NCBI GenBank assembly: GCA_903832855.1
Contig: CAILDB010000003.1
Coordinates: forward strand, 15,398 to 79,397
DNA length: 64,000 nucleotides
Source of the DNA: an uncultured bacterium
GTDB taxonomy: Bacteria > Patescibacteriota > Minisyncoccia > Phycocordibacterales > GWA1-40-21
Reading direction: 5' to 3'
A program made the translations under genes and the position numbers. The notes under the pieces are model-generated. The model made no database searches and was not told the DNA's origin. It saw only the letters and a program-made list of their open reading frames with translations. Of the stretch, positions 56,618 through 64,000 are shown one piece after another (the stretch's first letter is position 1; each line of letters opens with the position of its first letter).

Positions 56618-56986
56618 TTAGTGGAGATTTGATGGTAATTCTACTTTCTGTGCTGTCCCCCCCTCAGTAGTAAAGGTATTTTGTAAAACAGTCACAAGTC
56701 CCCAAATAGAGAATATAACAGCTATTCCTACTACTGCATAAATAATATTTGTCTTTGATTTTTTCTTTGCTTCCTCATCTCCAGCAATCGTGTATTGAAT
56801 AACTTCCCAAATAAAATACAAAATAGCAACAGAGCTCAATAAAGGAATACCCCATGCGACAACACCTGAAAAAAATGTCATCCATTTTCCAAGACCTGTT
56901 GATGGTATTTGCGTTGTTACTTGTGCAAATGCCAACATAGGAGAAAGAGTAACCAAACCTAACGAAGAAACTAATAATTTTTTCAT
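56618..56986 (-). CDS. TrbC/VirB2-like pilin
   Basis: Signal peptide AFA, GDEEAKKKSKTNIIYAVVG, FSIWGLV. Confidence 0.7.
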   Translation of the reverse strand: MKKLLVSSLGLVTLSPMLAFAQVTTQIPSTGLGKWMTFFSGVVAWGIPLLSSVAILYFIWEVIQYTIAGDEEAKKKSKTNIIYAVVGIAVIFSIWGLVTVLQNTFTTEGGTAQKVELPSNLH

Positions 56987-57088
56987 AATCTTTCTAATAA
57001 ATTAAACCTAATAAATTAATAAACGACCTTATAATTCTACCATACTATTATACCATAACAAATATAGATATCCACAACCCAATAAACC

Positions 57089-57454
57089 TTAAGGTGTCGT
57101 GAGGTTATTAAGATCTATATTTGTTGGTATTTTTGTAGTACTATTTAAATCAAAAGTTTTTTGAAGTACTGCCACCAAACCCCATATAGAAAACACTACA
57201 GCGATAGCAATAACGCCCCAAAGCATAAATTGTTTACCCTCTTCTTTTTTTGTTGAGTCCTCTGCTCGTATAAATTTTATTACCCCCCAGATAAAAACAA
57301 TGATTAGCAAACCAGTAAGTATAGGAACAACGGGTTTAATAAACTGATTAATAACGACATTTTGCATCAAGTCCTTAAATGTATTGCTGACAGCAAAAGC
57401 AAAAAAGGGTGTAAGGCCAGAAATTAAAGCTAAAGAAATAATTATTTTTTTCAT
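57089..57454 (-). CDS. TrbC/VirB2-like pilin
   Basis: Signal peptide AFA, KKEEGKQFMLWGVIA, FSIWGLV. Confidence 0.7.
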   Translation of the reverse strand: MKKIIISLALISGLTPFFAFAVSNTFKDLMQNVVINQFIKPVVPILTGLLIIVFIWGVIKFIRAEDSTKKEEGKQFMLWGVIAIAVVFSIWGLVAVLQKTFDLNSTTKIPTNIDLNNLTTP

Positions 57455-57457
57455 ATT

Positions 57458-57844
57458 TTATGGTTTTGTTATGGCATCAACCGTGCCTTTTATAATGACT
57501 GCGAGAACTTGTGCACCCAAAAGTAATGCAATACCGACGATGGTCCACAATAGCATATCGTGTGCTTTGGATATTTTGTCTGAATTTCCCATCGCCGAAA
57601 CGTATTTAAAACCGACAAAAACAAGTGCAAGAACACAGAGAACAGCTCCAACTTTTACAATTTCAGATAATGCATCTGATATAAACTTGATTAAGTCATT
57701 AGTTTTAAGAGGATTTGATATTCCCGTAGCACTTGATGGTTGTGCATTACCTGCTGCAAAAGACAGAGAAACACAAAACAATGTTGAAAGTATTATAAAT
57801 GCCATTAAAGAAATTGCTGTTTTTTTAAAAAAATTATTTTTCAT
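57458..57844 (-). CDS. TrbC/VirB2-like pilin
   Basis: ISNPL, GFKYVSAMGNSDKISKAH..LWTIVG. Confidence 0.75.
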   Translation of the reverse strand: MKNNFFKKTAISLMAFIILSTLFCVSLSFAAGNAQPSSATGISNPLKTNDLIKFISDALSEIVKVGAVLCVLALVFVGFKYVSAMGNSDKISKAHDMLLWTIVGIALLLGAQVLAVIIKGTVDAITKP

Positions 57845-57846
57845 TT

Positions 57847-58257
57847 TTATGGTTTAAAAAATCTTAAATAATCTCCATTACCTGAAGCGAAAGTATTCAT
57901 TATAGTATAAACGATAAGCCACGCTCCTGCAACTAAAAGTATACCTGTAAAAATACTTCTAAACATATGCATTGCCGCCTCTCTTTCTGCTGGCTTATCT
58001 GGATGTGCAATGATTTTTGCTCCGGACCACATCATACCTATTGCAGCAAGTGGACCCGCAATTATAAGAAACCATTTTAATATAGCATTTATCATAGTGG
58101 TCAGATCAGAAAATGAGCAGGGCTGTTCTGGTGCTGGACCACCACAGGGAACCAAATTTGCTGCAAGAACCAAAACTGGTAAAAAGAAAAGCGCTGGCAA
58201 TACCCAAATTATTATTTTTCTAATCCCGTTAGAGATCTTTTGGTTATGAATTGTCAT
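57847..58257 (-). CDS. TrbC/VirB2-like pilin with LVPC..C motif
   Basis: LVPCGG..PCSFSDL, two TMs, AWLIV. Confidence 0.7.
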   Translation of the reverse strand: MTIHNQKISNGIRKIIIWVLPALFFLPVLVLAANLVPCGGPAPEQPCSFSDLTTMINAILKWFLIIAGPLAAIGMMWSGAKIIAHPDKPAEREAAMHMFRSIFTGILLVAGAWLIVYTIMNTFASGNGDYLRFFKP

Positions 58258-58347
58258 CTTGTTTAAATATTAACATAATTTTTTTCTAAATTCGATACTC
58301 GGATTATCTACGGAAACAATCCGATTGTTTCCTATCTCTAACGGGAT
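58223..58347. repeat. ATCCCGTTAGAGAT...ATCTCTAACGGGAT inverted repeat spanning a gene junction
   Basis: Perfect 14-bp IR at 58223-58236 and 58334-58347. Confidence 0.7.
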
Positions 58348-59621
58348 AGCAAATTATCTATAAGTCCGCTTGCGTCTTTGACTGAGCTACCGACATCTGA
58401 TCTACCAGAGGAAATATTTTCTATCATATTTTGGAAAATTTTGGATGTTTGAGCTGAATCTGGATCAAGCCAACCCTTTGACATAAGTGCGGAAGAATAA
58501 AAGACCGATTGAATAGCGTCACTTGGCAAAGCGGACAAAAGGTCATTTCTCGTCGGAGTTAAACCAGTTACAGAAGCGAAAGTATTTTCTATACTATTTG
58601 AAGTGAAAAGATAAATCATAGAAAGTGCTTGTGCAATATTTGGAGATGTCTTCAAAACACCAAAAGAATAGATATTTCCGAAGGTTGATTTTGTTTTACT
58701 TGTATCAAGCTGGGGAAGGTTTGCAACATCAAAATTTAGATTTGGGTTTTTGGCTTTTATATCATTGTATTCGGAAGCAAAACCAAAATACATCGCCAAA
58801 TCGCCACTCAAGAAAGAATTTTTTGAAGATGGTAATGCCCTGTTCCATGAATAGACGACTTTGAGAGGATTTGAAAAATCAGTGTAAAATTTGACAGCAG
58901 GTGATGAATCAGAATTGCCGAGTGTTGATTGTGCACCATCTACGCTATTACTAACTATCGGATTTCCTGTTTGAAAAATAAGAGAGGAAATTATTTCTTT
59001 TGCATTATCTACATTTTTAAATTCACCAAAGGCAACGGCACTCCTCGTGATATTTGAATTCACATCACTCTTTGTAATTCTACTAGCAAGGTCAGGAAAT
59101 TCTGACCACTTTTTCGGTGTCTGTGCTACGCCAGCGTCTGTAAAAATGTCTTTGTTAAAATACATTACTAGAGGGTCAACGACAAATGGAATTGCATAAA
59201 TGCCATCTGATTTTAAATAAACAGAAGAACCGTCTGTAAAAGTGTCCCTAAATAATCTTTCTTGATAACTCGTGAAAGGGATAGTGAAAAGTTTGATGCC
59301 ATCTTTATAAATAAAGTCCTGTGTAACAAGGACGACATCTGGGCCAACACCATTTGCAAGGGCATTTACTAAATCGCTTTCAAAAGTATCCTTGCTTTTT
59401 GCGGTGTAAGTCATTAAAAATCCGGTAACTCCGTCTTGACTTAATTTGGAGGTGAATGCATTGAAATCAGCCGAACTTATGGTGCCCCAGACCTTCAAAT
59501 TCACAAGCGCTGCACCACTTTGCCTACTTTTGTAAGTTGCAAAAAGGACAAGTCCGAGGACAATAAAAAAACCAAACACGGCGACGACTATTAGTTGAAA
59601 ATTGTTGTTGGAATTGTTCAT
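58338..59621 (-). CDS. Extracellular solute-binding protein (sugar ABC family-1-like)
   Basis: N-terminal TM, LKVWG, GPDV, IPFVVDPLVMYFNKDIF, P..WSEF. Confidence 0.85.
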   Translation of the reverse strand: MNNSNNNFQLIVVAVFGFFIVLGLVLFATYKSRQSGAALVNLKVWGTISSADFNAFTSKLSQDGVTGFLMTYTAKSKDTFESDLVNALANGVGPDVVLVTQDFIYKDGIKLFTIPFTSYQERLFRDTFTDGSSVYLKSDGIYAIPFVVDPLVMYFNKDIFTDAGVAQTPKKWSEFPDLASRITKSDVNSNITRSAVAFGEFKNVDNAKEIISSLIFQTGNPIVSNSVDGAQSTLGNSDSSPAVKFYTDFSNPLKVVYSWNRALPSSKNSFLSGDLAMYFGFASEYNDIKAKNPNLNFDVANLPQLDTSKTKSTFGNIYSFGVLKTSPNIAQALSMIYLFTSNSIENTFASVTGLTPTRNDLLSALPSDAIQSVFYSSALMSKGWLDPDSAQTSKIFQNMIENISSGRSDVGSSVKDASGLIDNLLSR

Positions 59622-59670
59622 TTGTTTGATTAGGGCCGAATTTTTTGCGGCAAAAAATTCGGCCCTTTAA

Positions 59671-60198
59671 TTATTTGTTCCTAAATATTATCCCATAATG
59701 CTGTGCCCCAGCACTAATTTCCCTATCATATTCAAAACCATTTTTCTTGAAAAGTTCTTTGGCTTTTTCCGCATCAAAAACAGAACTGCTGTGAGGTCCG
59801 ATGCCACCGAATGAACTTGCCCAATCCACGAGGAGCACCCTGCCACCTTTTTTCAAAATTCTTTTCATTTCCAAACATGGGTTGTCTTTATTTTCAAATT
59901 GGAAAAAAATATTTGCAGCAATCACGGCGTCCAAAGACATTGAACGAAGCTTCGTTCCACCCACATGTTCCAAATCCGCCCAAATCACATCCACATTTCT
60001 TTTGTGTTGAGAGTTTGCAAGATTTTTAATTTTCAAAAGCAAATCCTTCTGCACATCTATTGCATAAACCTTACCGTCGGGACCCACGGCATCTGACGCA
60101 GCCAATGTATAAAAACCCGAACCCGCACCAAAATCCGCCACGAAATTCCCCGGGCCTAAACTAAATTGTTTTACATTATCTCTTGGATCAGAAAACAT
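59671..60198 (-). CDS. Class I SAM-dependent methyltransferase
   Basis: VADFGAGSG, VYAIDVQ, RILKKGGRVLLVDW. Confidence 0.9.
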   Translation of the reverse strand: MFSDPRDNVKQFSLGPGNFVADFGAGSGFYTLAASDAVGPDGKVYAIDVQKDLLLKIKNLANSQHKRNVDVIWADLEHVGGTKLRSMSLDAVIAANIFFQFENKDNPCLEMKRILKKGGRVLLVDWASSFGGIGPHSSSVFDAEKAKELFKKNGFEYDREISAGAQHYGIIFRNK

Positions 60199-60226
60199 GA
60201 TTATTTTTAATGTGTTAATTATACCA

Positions 60227-60255
60227 CCCCGTAATAGAATTTGCCATCAAAAGAC
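60227..60255. repeat. Truncated CCCCGTA element end
   Basis: CCCCGTAATAGAATTTGCCATCAAAA matches reverse complement of 7732 element end. Confidence 0.6.
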
Positions 60256-60279
60256 TTTGTTGATAACTCAAAATCTATC

Positions 60280-60579
60280 TCAAACCTGAGATACATCCAT
60301 GTCGGTAGACAAACCTTGCACCAAAAGATCCAATCTTTCTTTTGTATTTTTCAAGATAACTTCTTTTTCTTCACGAAGCTCGGCTAAATATTCCTCTTCA
60401 GTTATATTGTTATCATTAAATTTCGCATCAAGATTTGCTGTAGCTCTGACCAGCTCTTCTTTAGAATCAGAAAGAATTTGTTCTATTTCTTTTTTAAACA
60501 AAGTAAGTTCTGCCTCTTTATCTTCGATTTTTTTTACATACTCGTCTATTAAATTTTTTATTTCTTGATCAATATCCAT
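60280..60579 (-). CDS. Acidic coiled-coil hypothetical protein
   Basis: 99-aa ORF directly downstream of 60584-60940. Confidence 0.6.
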   Translation of the reverse strand: MDIDQEIKNLIDEYVKKIEDKEAELTLFKKEIEQILSDSKEELVRATANLDAKFNDNNITEEEYLAELREEKEVILKNTKERLDLLVQGLSTDMDVSQV

Positions 60580-60583
60580 ATTT

Positions 60584-60940
60584 TTATACTTTAAATAATT
60601 GTCTAACTCCTATTTTTGCACCTTGTCCGACAAGATGAACGGCATTAGCCGCCACTCTAAATGTCTTGTGTGCAACGCCTTCTTTGCCAAAAAAAAGTTT
60701 AAATGCACCTTGAGTATAATTACCAAATTTATAATCTTTCTTATACAAAGTTTTCATAGCATTAAGAAATAAAGCTGTGGGAGTTTTTAATACAATACCC
60801 ACTCCAGCATCAAGTGTATTATTTCCAAGATCGCCCAAAATATTCATAAATTCGGCATTCTCCCTTGCTATCTCAGCCTGAAAAGCAGGACTATGATCTC
60901 TTGCCTCTCTTGCCGCCATCATTGTATCTAAAATACTCAT
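60584..60940 (-). CDS. Hypothetical protein
   Basis: 118-aa ORF, -10-like TATCAT upstream. Confidence 0.6.
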   Translation of the reverse strand: MSILDTMMAAREARDHSPAFQAEIARENAEFMNILGDLGNNTLDAGVGIVLKTPTALFLNAMKTLYKKDYKFGNYTQGAFKLFFGKEGVAHKTFRVAANAVHLVGQGAKIGVRQLFKV

Positions 60941-61043
60941 ATGTTTATGATATCATACAATTAATTGTATGCATATGCTTTTATTTTAACATAAATATGG
61001 ATTATGGAAATGATTTCGAATATTTCATGATATAATTATAACC

Positions 61044-61544
61044 ATGGAAAATAAATTGATAAAAATATCTGCTTTAATATTTATCGTGCTGATTGCCGTT
61101 TGGGGTATTTATTTTTATTTTAATAAAAATTTACCAATTTCAATCGGAGATAAACTTGGTGGTATGAAAATAGTAAAAATTGAACCATATTCAAAAGAAA
61201 GTGAGATACCATTTGGGCCAAATAATATAAAAGTACTTTTAAAAGGACCGATTACTGTAAGCGGTGAATATGATCCTGCTGAGCCGTCGCCAGATATTCC
61301 ATGGTGGGAAAATTGTGTCGGTATCTTTAAACTTGATAAGGCGTCTGTTTCTCTTTTACCACAATTACCCTGGTTTAAAAGTGAAGGTTTAAATGGAGTC
61401 TGTTTTAATAATCAAGATTTTGCAAAAAGTATATTAGGTGAAAAGAAGAAAATGGTTACCATAAAAATCGATAATTATGAATTAAATGACTACCCGTCTA
61501 ATGTACAAAATGTAGTGGATTTTGTAGAGGTTGCAAACGAGTAG
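61044..61544 (+). CDS. Membrane-anchored extracellular hypothetical protein
   Basis: N-terminal TM, two Cys, TGaTATAAT shortly upstream. Confidence 0.7.
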   Translation: MENKLIKISALIFIVLIAVWGIYFYFNKNLPISIGDKLGGMKIVKIEPYSKESEIPFGPNNIKVLLKGPITVSGEYDPAEPSPDIPWWENCVGIFKLDKASVSLLPQLPWFKSEGLNGVCFNNQDFAKSILGEKKKMVTIKIDNYELNDYPSNVQNVVDFVEVANE

Positions 61545-61577
61545 GTTGCGGGAAAGAAAATTTTTGCAAAAGAAAAC

Positions 61578-63989
61578 CTAGATAAGCGTCACCGATGCAA
61601 GAGAATCCCCTTCACGGAGTTTCATTATGCGGACGCCTTGTGTTTGGCGACCGAGAGAAGGAATTTCTTTTATGTCCACGCGAATAACTTGACTCTTTTT
61701 TGAAATAGCAGCAATTTCTTCTTCGGTCTCACGCACAACTCTGGAAGAAATAATTTCACCGGTTTTTGCCGTAACTTTCATTGTCTTAATTCCCGAACCG
61801 CCTCTGTTTTGAACTTTGTATTCTTTCAGTGCCGTCTTTTTACCATAACCATTTGCACTCACGACGAGAAGCTCTGGATTTACATCACCTTTTTTGACAA
61901 TATCTGTGCCCACAATAAAGTCCCCTTTTTTAAGTTTCATCGCTCTCACGCCAGATGCATTTCTGCCCATCACTCGAATACTTTTATCTTTGAAATGGAT
62001 TGCCTGACCTTTTGCAGAAGTAATTACGACTTCATCACCTTCAGAAACAAACAAAGCAGAACGAAGTTCATCATTATCGTGAAGCGCGATAGCAAGCAAA
62101 CCATTTCTGCGAACATCTTTGAAACTTTCTGCATCCACTCTTTTTGCCGTACCGTTTTTGGTAACAAAAATAAGAGAGAGTTTCAAACTCTTGAGTTCTT
62201 TTGGCATTGCAAGGACGGAAGTTATTTTTTCTTCAGGAGAAATTGAAAGATAATTTACAATTGCCTTGCCTTTTGTGGCGCGTTTTCCTTCTGGCAAATC
62301 AAACATTTTAATCTGATACGCCTTACCTTTGTCTGAGAAGAAAAGAATGTCGTTGTGTGTGGAAGCGGTCAAGAAATGGGTGATAAAATCCTCTTCTTTT
62401 GTATCAAGATCCACCACACCCACCCCACCTCTTTTCTGCTTTCTGTATTCATCCGGATTTGTCCTCTTGACATATCCGCCAGAAGTCAAAACCAAAATAC
62501 TTTCTTCATCTGGAATCATATCTTCGTCAGACATTGCAGTCACACCGGATTTTACAACTTTTGTTCTTCTTTCATCACCATATTTTGCTTTGGCATCAGT
62601 CAGTTCGGTTTTTACAATTTCCAAAATTCTTCTTGGTTTTGACAAAATATCTGTGAGGTCTTTGATAAGAGCCTGCACTTCGGCGAGTTCATCTTCAATT
62701 TTCTTTCTTTCAAGTCCAGCGAGCTTTTGCAATTTCATTTCCAAAATTGCGTTTGCTTGAATTTCACTAAACTTGAAAGTCTTCATCAAATTCACTCTTG
62801 CCTCATCCACATCTTTGGACTTTTTGATAAGTTTAATAATCTCGTCAATATGATCCAGTGCTTTTTTCAAACCTAGCAAAATGTGTTCTCTGGCTTCTGC
62901 TTTTCTCAAATCAAATTCTGTGCGTCTCTTGATGACGACTTTTCTGTGACCGACGAAATGTTCCAAATATGTCTTCAATGACAAAGTTCTTGGCACACCA
63001 TCCACGAGTGCGAGCATATTGTAATGAAATGTCTCCTCAAGCTGTGTGTGTTTGTATAAAAAATTCAAAACTTTTTGTGGCTGAGCTCCAGCTTTCAGGT
63101 CAATTGCAATTCTAATATCTTTTGCGGACTCATCTCGAAGGCCTTTGATACCTTCCACTTTTTTCTCACGAACCAAGTCGGCGATTGCGATAATTAATTC
63201 AGCTTTATTTACTCTGAAAGGAATTGAGGTAATAATTATTTGAAATGTTCCTTTTTTGTCTTCCACAATTTCGGCAACTCCACGGCAAACCACACCTCCA
63301 CGGCCGTTTGTGTAAGCGTGAGTAATGTCTGTCTGATTGTAAACAATTCCGCCAATCGGAAAGTCCGGCCCTTTTATAAATTTAAGCAAATCATCTGTAG
63401 TCGCATCGCTGTTGTCTATTAGATGAAGAGTGGCGTCCACGACTTCGTTTAGATTGTGCGGAGGAATGTTGGTTGCCATACCGACTGCAATTCCCAAAGT
63501 TCCATTTAAAAGTAAGTTTGGCAAACCGGAAGGCAAAACAGATGGCTCTTTTTTTGTATTGTCATAGTTTGGAATAAAATTGACTGTGTCTTTGTCCAAA
63601 TCACGGAGCATTTCTCCGGCAATTTTAGACATTTTTGCTTCAGTGTATCTCATAGCAGCGGCAGAATCGCCATCAATATTTCCAAAGTTTCCTTGACCGA
63701 TAATCAGAGGATATCTGTAAGAAAAATCCTGCGCCATTTTCACCATTGTGTCATAGACGGCCACATCTCCGTGAGGGTGATAATTACCTAGCACTTCACC
63801 GACGACGGCTGCGGACTTTCTGGTTTTTGCACTTGAAGTAAGGCCGATTTCTTGCATCGCAAAAAGAATTCTTCTGTGCACGGGCTTGAGACCATCGCGA
63901 ACATCAGGAAGTGCGCGGTCAGTAATGACAGACATAGCATAGTCAATAAACGACTCTTTCATTTCAGTCGTGATGCTTCTGTCGGTCAT
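61578..63989 (-). CDS. gyrA: DNA gyrase subunit A (frame stays open to window edge, start may be upstream)
   Basis: [30 protein letters not shown], GyrA-box QKRGGVG. Confidence 0.98.
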   Translation of the reverse strand: MTDRSITTEMKESFIDYAMSVITDRALPDVRDGLKPVHRRILFAMQEIGLTSSAKTRKSAAVVGEVLGNYHPHGDVAVYDTMVKMAQDFSYRYPLIIGQGNFGNIDGDSAAAMRYTEAKMSKIAGEMLRDLDKDTVNFIPNYDNTKKEPSVLPSGLPNLLLNGTLGIAVGMATNIPPHNLNEVVDATLHLIDNSDATTDDLLKFIKGPDFPIGGIVYNQTDITHAYTNGRGGVVCRGVAEIVEDKKGTFQIIITSIPFRVNKAELIIAIADLVREKKVEGIKGLRDESAKDIRIAIDLKAGAQPQKVLNFLYKHTQLEETFHYNMLALVDGVPRTLSLKTYLEHFVGHRKVVIKRRTEFDLRKAEAREHILLGLKKALDHIDEIIKLIKKSKDVDEARVNLMKTFKFSEIQANAILEMKLQKLAGLERKKIEDELAEVQALIKDLTDILSKPRRILEIVKTELTDAKAKYGDERRTKVVKSGVTAMSDEDMIPDEESILVLTSGGYVKRTNPDEYRKQKRGGVGVVDLDTKEEDFITHFLTASTHNDILFFSDKGKAYQIKMFDLPEGKRATKGKAIVNYLSISPEEKITSVLAMPKELKSLKLSLIFVTKNGTAKRVDAESFKDVRRNGLLAIALHDNDELRSALFVSEGDEVVITSAKGQAIHFKDKSIRVMGRNASGVRAMKLKKGDFIVGTDIVKKGDVNPELLVVSANGYGKKTALKEYKVQNRGGSGIKTMKVTAKTGEIISSRVVRETEEEIAAISKKSQVIRVDIKEIPSLGRQTQGVRIMKLREGDSLASVTLI

Positions 63990-64000
63990 TTTTAAATCCA

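Noticed and set aside
1-64000. CRISPR array or complete DGR/retron
   Set aside because: No regularly spaced direct repeats, cas genes or reverse transcriptase seen

Overview
AT-rich chromosomal segment of a Patescibacteria/CPR (Parcubacteria-like) bacterium, inferred from gene content: short ProS, short RelA/SpoT, degenerate PriA, tandem VirB2-like pilins and largely SD-less starts. TGA is used as stop (code 11). The backbone is housekeeping genes, mostly on the - strand (uvrA/B, tgt, leuS, murF-ftsI-rsmH-mraZ, lysS, mreBCD-mrdA, proS, frr, murA, priA, serS, dprA, topA, parB, miaA, murJ, gyrA), plus 3 tRNAs and RNase P RNA. The unusual biology is intergenic: (1) a ~200-nt unit with its own promoter and terminator at 43351-43558 that looks like a miniature 16S rRNA 5'-domain (h7/h11/h12) mimic; (2) a covarying two-hairpin motif at six loci, two of them behind tRNAs with a duplicated tRNA 3' end; (3) a CCCCGTAGT...ACTACGGGG MITE-like family whose ends abut -35/-10 boxes or start codons; (4) about 13 stand-alone orphan gene cassettes with consensus promoter, SD and terminator among leaderless core genes; (5) a (CT)12 promoter-spacer tract on a DUF1566-like gene bracketed by dRS3-like repeats; (6) palindromic repeats inserted in frame into rseP, leuS and a pilin. 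No CRISPR, integrase, transposase or RT was seen. All family calls are from motif recognition by eye, not database searches.
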